Shown here: positions 49,306 to 62,982 of the stretch, in pieces | How positions within the stretch are numbered: position 1 is the stretch's first letter | Layout: each line of letters begins with the position of its first letter | From: Leucoraja ocellata | Taxonomy: Eukaryota | DNA length: 64,000 bases | Assembly: GCA_036785375.1 (NCBI GenBank) | Contig: JAWMAR010000666.1 | Coordinates: 620,001 to 684,000 of the forward strand | Reading direction: 5' to 3' | The notes under the pieces: generated by a model | Seen by the model: only the letters and a program-made list of their open reading frames with translations | What the model was told of the DNA's origin: nothing | Databases searched by the model: none | Position numbers and translations under genes: made by a program

Positions 49306-51049
49306 CTAGGGTTGGGGATTGGTGGAGAGAGAGGGAAGGCAAGGGTTACTTGAAGTTGGAGAAATCAATATTCATATCGCTGTTGTAATCTGCCTGTCCC
49401 GCTGAGTTTCTCCAGCATTTTGTGTCTATCTTCAGTGTCATCCTGCATCTGCTGTTCCTGCACATTTTGTCTTGCCCACGTTGACCAAGATGCCCAATCT
49501 ACACTAGGTCCTCCTGCCTGCATTTGCTCCACATCTCTCCATACCTATCCTATCCATGTACCTGTCAAAAGTCAAGTGTATTTTATTGTCATATGTCACA
49601 AACTGAACTATTAAATGCTGACTTATGATACTTTATCTAAATGCTGGAGTGACTTCGCGGGACAGGCAGTTGTCTCTGGATAGGAGGAATGGGTGATGTT
49701 TCATGTCTTCAGTGTAAACCAGCATCTGCAGTCCTTATATCACCCTCTCTACCTCTCGTTTGCCTCACCCCTGACTCTCAGTCTGAAGATGGGCCTTAAC
49801 CCGTAGCATCACCTACTCCAGCATTTTGTGACTATCTTAAATGTAGAGCAAGATGGGGGCAAATGGCTGGAAGAGCGACAAGAGTAAGATGCAATGTCAA
49901 ATTCCCATCTACAGGGGATCAGTTCTTCTCATTATGGTGGTGTTTAGTTTGTGCCCAGTCTGTATTGGAGAACTTTATGCTTATTATTGTCATGTGTACT
50001 GAGATAAAATGAAAAGCTTTGTTTTCAAAGGTTTCAAAGGTCTTTTATTGTTACCTGTACTAATTAAGGTACAATGATATTCGAATTACCAATTCGCCGT
50101 ACAAAAAAAGTAACAAGACACACAACTACATAAAAGTTAACATAAACATCCACCACAGCGGATTCCTCACTGTGATGGAAGGCAATAAAGTCTAACCTTC
50201 TTCCCTCATTTTTCTCCTGCAGTCGGGGCCGTTGAACGATGTGTCGGGGCGATCCAAGCCCCCGCGTCGGGGGAGTAGTATGGTGAAGCGTCTGAGGCTG
50301 TGAGTAGAATAAAATAACACTGCATCTGGTTAACCCAGAGAACACGGTCCCTCATTGATGTGTGGGAAGGACCAGAACTGCAGATGCTGGTTTGAACCAA
50401 AGATAGACACAAAATCTGGAATATCTCAGTGGGGTCAGGCAGCATCTGTGAAGAAAAGGAATGGGTGACGTTTAGGGTCGAGACCCTTCTTCAGACTGAG
50501 AGTCAGGGGTGAAGGAAATGAGAGATATGGAAGACATTTGAAAGCAGATGATGATCAAGGACTAGTAGATTGGTTCATTCGAAGGTAGATACAAAATGCT
50601 GGAGTAACTCAGCGGGACAGACAGCATCTCTGGAGACAAGGTATGGGTGACATTTCGGGTCGGGAACCTTCTGCAGACTAGAATGGTTCATTGTTGGCAG
50701 GGGAGAAGATGACAACAAGGCATACAATCAGTAAAATGAATCAGGACAGTGTAATCAAACCCGAAACGTCACCTGCCCCTTTTCTCCAGGGATGTTGTCA
50801 GTCCCACTGAGTTCCTCCAGCCTTTTGTGTTTATCTTTGGTTTTTCATTGATCTTTGACATTGCCCTCCATGGTGAATAGAGCCTTTTGTTATACAGGCC
50901 TTGTTTTCTCAGGACCGTATAATACTGGGGAGGTCAGTATCCGCGATGGACCGGGCAGTGTCCACCACCTTTTATAATCTCCTCCTTACCTGGGCTTTCG
51001 AGTTGCCAAACCTGGCCGTGATGAAACCAGTCAAAGATGATGCCATGTG

Positions 51050-51423
51050 CAGGTCCGCCACCGATTTTTCGGCACCCTTGGTTCCAGAGCCTTTCTGGAT
51101 GATCCTTTTTGACGGACAAAAAGAGGTCATGGTCTCGAGGGGAGTTCAATGGTACTGGAGCCGTCCATATAGGCCACTGGTGGGCTGAGATATCGGCTCA
51201 CAAAGTTGGCCGTGTAGGTGGGCAATTGGAACAGATCTGTCGGCTCTGGCCGCAAGGGGAAAATTCATTCCACCGATCGGCACAGAAGTAACGGTGAGGT
51301 TAAGATAAGCCGCCTCACCCGGCCTGGGTACCACATTTTCAGGGGGAGTTCTGGGGGCATTTCAAGAGTGTACTTGTAATTTTGTGTGGACCACCAGTTG
51401 CCGCAGAATCGGTGGTGGACCTG
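51050..51423. mobile_element. Tc1/mariner-type MITE
   Basis: TIRs caggtccgccaccgattt / aatcggtggtggacctg followed by TA. Confidence 0.7.
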
Positions 51424-54289
51424 TACATTGTGTGTGTTTGCGTATGCGCTCTGCTTGATGTTAGCGTTTGAGGTATTTTTGGCCCATAAACTTCCTAAAC
51501 CGTTCCTATCCATGTACCCGTCCATTATGCTTCACATATGATCCCTGTTAGAGGAAAGATCTTGTCAATCTGGTGGAGAGGGAGCAGAGAAGATTCACAA
51601 AATGTTGCCAGGACTTGAGGGCCTGAGCTATAGGGAGAGGTTGGGCAGGCTAGGACTTTATTCCTTGATGTGCAGGAGGCTGATCTTATAGAAGTGTATC
51701 AGATCATGAAAGGAATAGATTGGGTAAATGCACAGTCTTTTACCCAGAATTGAGGAAATCGAGAACCAGAGAACAGGCTTAAGGTGTGGGGAGGGAGATT
51801 TAATAGGAACCTGAGGGGCCACTTTTTCACACAGAGGATAGAAGGTGTATGGAGCGAGCTGTCAGAGGGGGTAGTGGACTATAACAATATTTAAAACACA
51901 TTTGGATGGATAGGGCATGTTTAGAGGGATATGTACCAAATACAGGCAGGTGGGACTAGTGTAGCAGGGACATGTTAGTTGGTGTGGACAAGTTGAGTTG
52001 AGAAGCCTGTTTCCACACTGTATCTCTCTTTGAGCAGGTACTTTATGAGTTATAAATTCACCGTTACTATCGAACTATCCATGTGAAACCACTGCCTTAC
52101 TATTTTATGCTAAGGCAAGCGATGAAGTAATCAATTATTCCTACTCCTAAGCACGCCCACTGTAATAATTAATTAATAGACGCTCTGTTCCATTCTGTGG
52201 CCATTTAGAATGCGCAAGGCATTTTTGGCTGCAATCTTTCAAGATTTACTTTGGTAGTCTGAAGAAGGGTCACCTGAAACATCACCCATTCCTTCTCTCC
52301 GCTGCCTGAGTTACTCCAGCATTTTGTATCTATTTACGATGGATGTTGCCTGGACTTGAGGGCCTGGGCCATAGGGAGAGGTTGAGCAGGTTTGGTGTGC
52401 AGGAGGGTGAGGGCTGACCTTAGAGAGACCATGTGTACAAGACCATGAGGGGAATAGATAAAGTGGACGCAGTTATGCTGGGTTTGGGAATCAAGAACCA
52501 GAGGACATAGGTTGAAGGTGAGATGGGAAAGATTTAATTTCACCTGCCCCTTTTCTCCAGAGATGCTGTCTGTCTGTCCCGCTGAGTTCCTCCAGCCTTT
52601 TGTGTCTATCTTTGGTTTTTCATTTATCTTTGACATTGCTCTCCAAGGTGAGTACAGCCTTTTGGTTCCAGAGCCTTTCTGGATTATCCTCCAAGACTTT
52701 ACTGGAGAACCTACCTGATCTCCCGGTTGCTCAACATTTAATTATCCTCCCATTCCCACACTGACCCTTCTGTCCTTAGCCTCCTCCATTGTCAGAGTGA
52801 GGCCCAGCGCAAACTGGAGGTAGGGTTAGGATGATCAAATTGAAATTAGCTTCCTTGATGTTGTTGCCAGGAGATCTGTTTGAAGAAGATTAAATAATTT
52901 AGTGGGTTTAGCGTGAGCTTTGGCTGCAGCTCACTGCATTGGTCATAATTAGCATGTTGGATACACGTAAACATGTATGATTCCTGAGGCCTGACATTAG
53001 GGTGGTTGGAGGTATCCAGTTGTCTGTTTTGCAATTACTGCTAGTCAGAGGGTGGTGATTGTGTGGAATTCTTTGCCACAGAAGGCTGTGGAGGACGTCA
53101 ATGGATATTTCAAATGCAGAGATAGATAGATTTTTGTTTAAGAAAGAAACTGCAGATGCTGGAAAAATCGAAGGTGGACAAACATGTTGGAGGAACTGAG
53201 CGTGTGAGGCAGCATTTATGTAGAGAAGGAATAGGCAACGTTTCGGGTCCTTCTTCAGACTGACAGAGATAGATAGATTTTTGATTAGTGCGGGTGTCAA
53301 GGGTTATGTGGAGAATGCAGGCGAACAGGGATACGAGGGAGAGATAGATCAGCCATGGTTGAATGGCGGAGTAGACTTGATGGGCCGAATGGCCTAATTC
53401 AGTTCCTATCACTTATGAACAGCACCTCTAATTTTGCCTTGGCAGCTTACACCCCAGTGGTATGAACATTGACTTCTCTAACTTTAAGTAGCCCTTTCAT
53501 TTCCCTCTCTCTCCATCCCTCCCCCTTCCCAGTTCTCTCATTAGTCTTACTGTCTTTGACTACATTATATCTGTGTGCCCACTCTCATCATCACTCTGAA
53601 GAGGGGTCTCAACATGAAACGTCTCTCCAGAAATGCTTTCCTTCTCTCCAGAAATGCTGCCCGTCCCGCTGTGTTACTCCAGCATTTTGTGTCTTATCTT
53701 CAATTTAAAAGACATTTTGACAGGTCTGGAAATAGGAAAGATTGAGAGGGATATGGGCCTAATGCAGGCAGGTGGAACTAGAGTTTGTACATTCTCGCTG
53801 TGACTGTGTGTGTTTTCTCCGGGTGCTCCAAATTCCCCCCTCATTCCAAAGATGTGCAGGTGTGTAGATTAATTCTGAAAATTGCCCGCAGTGAGTAGGG
53901 TAGACATAGTGTTCGGGTGATTGCTGGTTGGCGTGTATTTGGTGAGCCTAATGGCCCGTTTCCATGCTATATCTCTAAAGTAAGTTTAGAAGGGATGACA
54001 GTGCATCATTTCACCACGTTGAGCAATATTCTCTGTATCATGGACATCACCACAATCCCATTTACTTGTCCATCATATGTTAACACCTCAGGTAACATTG
54101 ACCCGTCGATCATAAGTTACAGGAGGTGTATTAGGCCATTCGGCCCATCAAGTCTACTCCACCATTCAATTATGGCTGAGCTATCTTTCCCTCTCAACAA
54201 CATTCTCCGGACTTCTACCCATAACCCCTGACACTCGTTCTAATCAAGAATCTATCCTTAAAAATATCCAATGACTCCACAGCCGCATG

Positions 54290-55192
54290 TTTAATTTAAT
54301 TTTATTTAATTTATTTAATTTATTCCGAACAAGTAAAGACATTAAAGATATTAATAGTAACAAAATCGAAATTATCAAACAATTGGACATTACAATCAAT
54401 ATTTACAGGCAATGAAAAGAACAAAAAGCAAATTTCCAATGTCCAACTCTGTGTCTGTACAAGCTCGAAAAGGAGTGAGAAGAAGAATAACTTATTAAAT
54501 CTCACCCCTTTTCCCCCAACACTTCTACCATATTTAAAAATCAATTAATTAATAATAATAATACTACCCCAGGCAATTTCCCATAATACCTACAGACATC
54601 TATATACATACAACTATTATACACATACAAACTTCATATATGAAGTAACCAAACATAAGTAAACAATTGTAAAGCAATAGACAAACATTAACCCCCACTT
54701 GTCAACCATCGCGGTACCCCTTGAAAATTATTTTTTTATATATCATTTTAAAATGATTCATGTTTGTACATTGCTTTAATTCCTCGTTCAATTTGTTCCA
54801 CACTCCCACTCCACAAACCGAAATACAAAAGGTTTTTCTAGTCGTACGGACTCTTTGTTTCTTAAAATTAAATATTCCTCTTAAATTGTAAACCCCCACA
54901 CGCTCGTTAAATAATTTTTGAATGTTTCCAGGTAAATTTTTATTTTTGGCCCTAGACATTATCTGAGCTGTTTTGAATGTAACCAAATCTTCTAATTTTA
55001 ATAATTTTGACTAAAAATAATGGATTCGTATGACCCAGATGCTTGGCATTATGTATAATACGAATTGCTCTTTTTTGCATCATGGTTAATGAGTGTATCG
55101 AATTTTTATAGTTATTGCCCCAGACTTCTGCACAATAATTTAAGTAGGATAAGATTAATGTACAATAAAGAATACGGAGTGATTTATGTGGC
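54290..55192 (-). mobile_element. L2/Crack-type LINE 3' portion, nested in an older CR1 fragment
   Basis: ILYCTLILSYLNYCAEVWG...QKRAIRII...HTNPLF; YNLR...GVGVWNKL; AT-rich microsatellite tail. Confidence 0.75.
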
Positions 55193-55287
55193 AATGAATT
55201 CGACAGATTCACCACTCTCTGACTAAGGACATTCCTCATCTCCTTCTTAAAGGAATGTCCTTTAGAACTGAGGCTCTGGTCTTAGAC

Positions 55288-55522
55288 CAGGGGTTGCCAA
55301 CCTTTTTTATCCCATTTACCCCTGGCAACTTTAATAACACATTACAATATTATTTCACTTATTTATGAACAACTAATGATGAACAGATACCAGTATACCA
55401 GAACCAAATACAGTCAGTCAATCAGAAAAAATATGTACAAATCCAGAATCAATAAATGTGCCCCCTGGGTAGGCGAAATGTACCCTCTGGGGGGTAAGTT
55501 TACCCCAGGCTGGGAACCCTTG
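55288..55522. mobile_element. hAT-type MITE
   Basis: caggggttgccaacc...ggctgggaacccttg with degenerate 8-bp flanks tcttagac/tccgagat. Confidence 0.65.
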
Positions 55523-56863
55523 TCCGAGATTCTCCCATGAGTGGAAACATCCTAACCACATCCATACTGTTCAAACCTTTCACTATTTGGTGCATTTCAA
55601 TGAACTCCAGCGAGTACAGGCCCACTGCCATCATAAACGCTCATCATAGATTAACCCACTAATTCCTGGGATCATTGTCGTAAACCTCCTCTGGACCCTC
55701 TCCATAGCCAGCACATCCTTCCTCAGATATGGTGCACAAAATTGCTCACTATACTCCAAATGTGGCCTGACCAGCGCCTTATAGAGCCTCAGCATTACAT
55801 CCCTGTTTTTGTATTCTAGCCCTCTTCAAATAAATGCTACTATTGCGTTTGCCTTCTTTATCACTGATTTGTCTTGCTGATTATTTTTTTGGAAATCCTG
55901 CACCAGAATCCCAAGTCCTTTTGCACCTCCGATTTCTGGATTCTCACTCCATTTAGAAATGAGTCTACACCTTTTTTCCCCATTCATCTTTCTCTCAAAC
56001 TATGTTTTATATCATCCATTGAACTCCAGTTTTTAAACATCTGTTCATTATTCATTCTGCCATAATTTGTTTCTGGCATCCTTATCTATCTCAATTAGCT
56101 CCCAGCCCCCACATATGCTGAATCCTCCTTAGTTTAGTTTTAGAGCTACAGCATGGAAACTGGCCCTTTGGCCCATCGAGTCCACGCTGACCAACGATCA
56201 CCCACACGCTAGTTCTATGTTATTCTACACGCTCGGGGACAATTCAAAGAAACCAATTTACATTAGAGCTGCTGCCTCACAGCGCCAGAGACCCGGGTCA
56301 GTTTAGTTTATTGTCACGTTTACCGAGGTACAGAGAAAAGCTTTTTGTTGCGTGCATCCAGTCAGTGGAAAGTCAATACATGATTACAGTCGAGCTATTT
56401 ACAGCGTACGGATGCATGATCAGGGAATAATGTTTAGTGCAAGATAAACCCAGTAAAGTCCGATCAAATATAGACCAAGGGCCATCAATGAGGTAGATAG
56501 TAGTTCTGCACTGCTCTCTGGCTGGGGTAGGATCGTTCAACTGCCTGATTACTGCTGGGAAGAAACTGTCCCTGAATCTGTGTGTTTTCACACTTCTATA
56601 CCTGATGGGAGAGGGGAAAGAGGGAGTGGCCAGTATGTGACTTGTCCTTGATATTGCTGATGGCCTTGCCGAGGCTGGGAATGAGTTTGATGCTGTGTGC
56701 GTGTGGAGTTTGCACGTTCTCCCTGTGACTGTGTGCCTTCTTCTTCGGCTATGTGTGTGTGTGGAGCTTGCATGTTCTCTCTGTGACCCATCCGGAAAGG
56801 CATGGCTTCTCCGGATGGGTATGCTGATGGGTTGTGCTTCCTACTCACAGGCTCTTTTCAGAC

Positions 56864-57471
56864 ATGGCCACTAACGTGGCCAACGACACCACCGCAGCCA
56901 CAGCCGCAGACACCGCTGCCGACAACGCCGCGCCAGGTACTGACACTGCCGCCGCCACCGGCACTGATAACACCTCCGCAACCACCGGTGTCGACACTGC
57001 CACCAACACCATTGGAGCCAACACCACCGTCGACAAGGCCGCCAACACCACCGTTGACAAGGCCGCCGACAGCACCGTCGACAAGGCCGCCAACACCATC
57101 GCAGACACCAGCGCAGACACCACCACAATCGACAAGGCCGTCGACACCACCGCAGACACCAGCGCAGACACCATCGGAGACACCATCGCAGACACCATCG
57201 GAGACACCAGCGCAGACACCAGCGCAGACACCAGCGCAGACACCATCGGAGACCCCAGCGCAGACACCATCGGAGACACCACCGCAGACACCATCGCAGA
57301 CACCACCGCAGACACCTCACAGACACCACCGTCGACAAGGCCGCCAACACCACCGACGACAAGGCCGCCAACACCAGCGCAGACACCACCGTCGATGACA
57401 CCGCCAATGACACCGCAGCGGACCTGCCTGATGACGTTACCGACTATATGCCCGTGGAGCTGCAAAGAAAG
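56864..57471 (+). other. Thr/Ala/Asp-rich periodic ORF or exon built from 12- and 24-bp repeats; one 1-nt frameshift near 57317
   Basis: MATNVANDTTAATAADTAAD...(TTVDKAAN)n(DTxA/G)n...LPDDVTDYMPVELQRK; upstream acceptor ctcacag, possible donor AAG|gtaatg. Confidence 0.5.
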
Positions 57472-57534
57472 GTAATGGAGACCCTCTGCCTCATGCACAG
57501 CATGGTGCCGCAGCCGGAGCATCGGTGCTACCGA

Positions 57535-60167
57535 TATCCTGGTGGGGAGATTTGCAAAGGTTACTGGGGAGACATTAAACTAGAACGGTTGGGGGGAGGG
57601 ACTCAAATAGAGAAAGCTGTAAGGGGAAAGAAGAAAAAGTTAATAATCAGAAAATAAGAGGTGGTGGGTTTCTTAAATGTGTGAGCAGAGAGACAGAGTG
57701 GTGCTAAATGATGGCACAAGCAATAGGTAGCAAGGTGAAAAATAAAAGTGGCTGGCAGACAAATCCAGGGCAAAAATCAAAATGGTATAAGGAGTAAGGG
57801 TGTTGTAATAAACAAGCCTGAAGGCTTTGTGTCTCAATGCAAGGAGCATTTTTAACGAGGTGGATGAGTTGAATGTGCAGATGGCTATTAATGACTATGA
57901 TATAGTTGGGATCACGGAGACATGGCTCCAGGGTGACCGAGGCTGGGAGCTGAACATCCAGGGATATTCAATATTCAGGAGGGATAAACAGAAAGGAAAA
58001 GGAGGTGGGGTAGCATTGCTGGTTAGAGAGAAGATTAACGCGATAGAAAGGAAGGACATTAGCTTGGAGGATGTGGAATCGATATGTGTAGAGCTGCGAA
58101 ACACTAAGGGGCAGAAAACGCTAGTGGGGAGTTGTGTACAGGCCACCTAACAGTAGTGAAGTTGGAGATGGCATCAAACAGGAAATTAGAAATGCGTGAG
58201 ACATAGGTAAAACAGTTATAATGGGTGACTTCAATCTACATATAAATTGGGTGAATCAAATTGGCAGGGGTGCTGAGGAAGAGGATTTTTTGGAATGTAT
58301 GTGGGATAGTTTTCAAAACCAACATGTAGAGGAACCAACAAGAGAGCAGGCTATTTTAGACTGGGTATTGAGTAATGAGGAAGGGTTAGTTAGCAGTCGT
58401 TTTGTGCGTGGCCCCTTGGGCAAGAGTGACCATAATATGGTTGAGTTCTTCATTAGGATGGAGAGTGACATTGTTAATACAGAAACAAGGGTTCTGAACT
58501 TAAAGAATGGCAATTTTAAGGGTATGAGATGTGAATTGGCCAAGATTAACTAGCTATTAATTCTTAAAGGGTTGACCGCGGATATGCAATGGAAGGCATT
58601 TAAAGACTGCATTGATGAACCTCAATTGTTCATCCCAGTTTGGCAAAAGAATAAATTAGGGAAGGTAGTGCAGCCGTGGATAACAAGGGAAATCAGGGAT
58701 AGTATCAAAACAAAAGATGAAGCATACAAATTAGCCATAAAAAGCAGCCTACCAGAGGACTGAGAGAAATTCAGAGTCCAGCAGAGGAGGACAAAGGGCT
58801 TAATTAGGAAAGGGGAAATAAATTATGAAAGAAAACTGGCAGGGTACATAAAAACTGCAAACGTTTTTATAGATATGTGAAGAGAAAAAGAGTAGTTAAA
58901 TGAAATGCAAGTCCCTTGAAGTCAGAAACAGGTGAATTGATCATTGGGAACAAGGACATGGCAGACCAATTGAATAACTACTTTGGTTTTGTCTTCACTA
59001 GGGAAGACTTAAGTAATCTGCCGGACCGGGGACCGGGGGTCAAATGAGATGGAGGAACTGAGTGAAATCCAGGTTTTGCCGGGAAGTGGTGTTAGATAAA
59101 TTGAATGGATTAAAGGCCGATAAATCCCCAGGGTCAGATAGGCTGCATCCCAGAGGACTTAAGGAAGTAGCCCCATAGATAGTGGAGGCATTAGTGATGA
59201 TAATTTTTCAAAACTCTTTAGATTCTGGAATAGTTCCTGAGGATTGGACGGTAGCCAATGTAACCCCACTTTTAAAAAGGGAGGGAGAGAGAAAACAGGG
59301 ACTTACAGACCAGTTAGTCTAACATCGGTAGTGGGGAGACTGCTAGAGTCAGTTCTTAAAGATGGGATAGCAGCACATTTGAAAAGTGGTGAAATCATTG
59401 GACAAAGTCAGCCAGCATGGATTTATGAAAGGTAAATCATGTCTGACGAATCTTATAAAATTTTTCGAGGATGTAACTAGTAGAGTGGACAAGGGAGAAC
59501 CAGTGGATGTGTTATATCCGGACTTTCAGAAGGCTTTCGACAAGGTCCCACATTAGTATACAAATTTAAAGCACACGGTATTGGGGGTTCAGTATTGATG
59601 TGGATAGAGAACTGGCTGGCAGACAGGAAGCAAAGAGTAGGAGTAAACGGGTCCTTTTCACAATGGCAGGCAGTGACTAGTGGGGTACCGCAAGGCTCAG
59701 TGCTGGGACCCCAGCTATTTACAAAATATATTAATGATTTGGACGAGGGAATTGAATGCAACATTTCCAAGTTTGCAGATGACACGAAGCTGGGGGGCAG
59801 TGTTAGCTGTGAGGAGGATGCTAGGAGGCTGCAAGATGACTTGGATAGGCTGGGTGAGTGGGCAAATGCATGGCAGTATAATGTGGATAAATGTGAAGTT
59901 ATCCACTTTGGGGCAAAAACAGGAAAGTAGACTATTATCTGAGTGGTGGCCGGTTTGGAAAAGGGGAGATGTAACGAGACCTGGGTGTCATGGTACACCA
60001 GTCATTGAAAGTAGGCATACAGGTGCAGCAGGCAGTGAAGAAAGTGAATGGTATGTTAGCATTTATAGCAAAAGGATTTGAGTATAGGAGCAGGGAGGTT
60101 CTACTGCAGTTGTACAGGGTCTTGGTGAGACCACCCCTGGAGTATTGCGTACAGTTTTGGTCTCCTG
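57535..60167 (+). mobile_element. CR1 LINE (ORF1 tail + degraded ORF2), same family as 6911-10158 but older and 3'-truncated
   Basis: [32 protein letters not shown]; many stops and frameshifts. Confidence 0.93.
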
Positions 60168-61295
60168 AATGTTTTCCCAGAATACTGCCTGGATTAGAGG
60201 GGTACAGGGAGAGGGTCGGATAGACTTGGATTGTTTCTGTGCCACGTCAGAAGATGAGAGGAGACTTGGCAGATGTATATAAAATGATGAGTGGTTCAGA
60301 TAGGGCAGACTGTCAGAAACTTTCTCCCCCAGGCTGCAAATGTCCAAGACAAGAGCGGAACTCGCTAACAAAACGTGGGGGGGACAGGGGACACCATTTT
60401 TTGGCGGCCACACGCGCACACTCACACACACACACGTGCGAGGCTTTGGAGGCTCAATCCAGCGCTAAATGCAGTACAACTCTGCCGGTCTCACCAGGTT
60501 AACCAACAGCCCTGTCTGGACTGACGGGATACCAGCGCTGCTTCTCCGTGCTGGCCATATTTCCTGCAAGTCCAGGAAGGGTTGTAAGCTCACCTGGTGG
60601 GACAGGCAGAGTTAGCTGGGTTTAGCGCCGTTTCTCTGCGCTGGCCCGTCTGATTCCCGGCCAAAGATGCCATAGCGGAGGATCTTTGCTGCCGACCACT
60701 CTGGCCACCCGCAGGGAGGGGGCGGGGTACTTGGGAGGGGACGGGACAGCGCCGGAGACCCGGCCGGGATCATCCTGGCTTCGGATGAGGCGCAGGTCTG
60801 TGCCACTCCTCCCTCCTCCAATCATCACGCTGGATCATGTCCTGCCTCCATTGCCTGCTGACCTATGTCTCTCTTATCCAATCGGCGCCCTCGATCATCA
60901 GTCCCATCCCCACTGTCTCGCAGAAAGCGGAGATTTCACCGGGTTTTAAAATCCGGATTCTAAAACTTAGGGGGGATGTCCCCCACCTCTCAAAACATGG
61001 AGGGGACGTGTCCCCTCTGCCCCCCCCCCCCCCCCCCCCCGGGTTTTCCACCTCTGGTCCAAGACAACACCTATCCACATCCTCCAGAGATGCTGCCTGA
61101 CCTGCTGAGAATATAGTTCCGTTTATTATTGTCACGTGTACTGAGGTACAGTGTAAAGCTTTTTTGTTGTGTGCTATCCAGTTAGCGGAAGGACAATACA
61201 GGATTACAATCAACCCATCCACACTGTACAGATATAGGATTAAGGGAATATCGATTAGTGCAAGGTAAAGTCTGATTAAAGATAGCCGGAGGGAT

Positions 61296-61576
61296 AGTTT
61301 AAGAATAAGGGGTAATTCATTTAGAACGGAGATGAGGAAAAACTTTTTCACACAGAGAGTTGAGAGTCTGTGAAATTCTCTGCCTCAGATGGTGGTGGAG
61401 GCGGGTTCTCTGGATGCTTTCAAGAGAGAGCTGGACAGAGCTTTTAAAGATAGCGGAGTCATGGGATATGGGGAGGAACAGGGTATTAATTGTGTATGAT
61501 CGCCATGATCATGGTGAATAGCAGTGCTGGCTCGAGGGGCCGAATGGCCTACTCCTGCACCAATTGTCTATTGTCT
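61296..61576 (+). mobile_element. CR1 3' fragment
   Basis: FRTEMRKNFFTQRV-like sequence and tail. Confidence 0.8.
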
Positions 61577-61579
61577 TCA

Positions 61580-61880
61580 ATCAATAATAATGAATGAATA
61601 AAAATGTTATTAGCCAAGTATGTCCACATACAAGGAACTTACATTGGAGCTTTGCTCGCAGGTAACAACAAGATATTCAGTAGACAATTAAAAATAAAAC
61701 ATTATAATTTAACCATGCGAAAATAAAGTACCGGAGTAAAAAGAGGCTACAGTCTTTTGGCTGTTGAATAGAGTTACTGCTCTCGGGAAGAAGCTGTTTT
61801 TATGTCTGACTGTGGCAGCTTTGATAGTCCGGAGTTGCCTCCCAGAGGGAAGTGATTCAAAGAGTTTGTGGCCGGAGGTG
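61580..61880 (-). mobile_element. Rex/Babar-type LINE 3' fragment
   Basis: HKLFESLPSGRQLRTIKAATVRHKNSFFPRAVTLFN. Confidence 0.8.
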
Positions 61881-62699
61881 AGCGGCAGAAAACATCTGCC
61901 AATGCAGTAGATGGTAGGTGGGGGCTGCTCTCTAGTTGGTGATTGGATGGTTAGAACATAGGACAGTACAGCACAGGAACGGGCCCTTCGGCCCACAATG
62001 TTTGTGTCGAACATGACGCCAGGTTAAACTCTCATCTGCCTGAACATGATCCATATCCCTCTCTCCCCTCTAATTCCACATGCCCACCTAAAAGCTTCTT
62101 AAGCACCCCTGTCATATCTGCCTCCACCACCTCCCCAGATCAGGCATTCCAGGCCCCCACCACTGCCCCGCGCATCCCCATTAAACTTTCCCCCACTCTC
62201 CTTATAGTGATACCCTCTAGTCTTGGACATTTCCAGCCTGGCGTAAAAACATTCTGAATGTCTACCCTAATTGTGCCTCTCATAATTTTATATACTTATA
62301 ACTGGTCTCCTCTCAACCTCCGACATTGCAGAAAAAACAATGCAGGTCTATCCACCTCGCCCTGTAGCTGAAGCCCTCGAATCCAGGCGACTTTCTGGTA
62401 AAACATTTTGTTTACAAAAAGGTAGAACCTTTTCCTCGTAAAAACATTTTGTGCTGCGCACGTCCATCTAATGCGTTCTAATGAGGGGTGGATGCAAGGA
62501 ACTGCAGATGCTCGTTTACATAAAAAGACAAAGTGCTGGAGTAACTCCGCAGTCGCTGGGGGGCCTGGTCTGGAGAAAGGCAGGTTTGTGATCCTGTGTG
62601 GAGGTTAGGTAAGTGGAGAAGCTTTGATTGAGCGTGTGGATCCTGTGGAAGGATAAAGTGAAGCTGAGATCTATGGAGTGAGCTGACTTATTCCAGCAC

Positions 62700-62982
62700 T
62701 TTGTGGTGCAGCGGTAGAATTGCTGTCTTACAGCGCCAGAGACCTATGTTTGATCCTGACCACGGTGCTGCCTGTACGGAATTTACGTTCACCCTGTGAC
62801 CACGTGAGTTTACCCCGGGTGCTCCAGCTTCCCCTCACACTCTAAAGACGTGTACGTTTGTAGATTACTTGGCTTCTGCAAGTTGTAAATTGTCCCTGGT
62901 GTGTAGGATAGTGTGTGGGGATCGCTGGTCGGTGTGGACTCGGTGGGCTGAAGAGCCTTTTCCCGCACTGTATCTGTAAAGT
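62700..62982 (+). mobile_element. tRNA-derived SINE
   Basis: ggtgcagcggtaga...tttgatcc head; same family as 38044-38342. Confidence 0.75.

Noticed and set aside
51146-51525. Exon-like ORF VHHRFCGNWWSTQNYKY...
   Set aside because: The apparent acceptor is the TIR of a MITE (51050-51423)
56802-57522. Alternative frames of the 12-bp repeat (Pro/Thr-rich; antisense hydrophobic VSA or CLRW repeats)
   Set aside because: Shadow ORFs of the same repeat; the Thr/Ala/Asp frame has the best ATG context and a non-repetitive continuation
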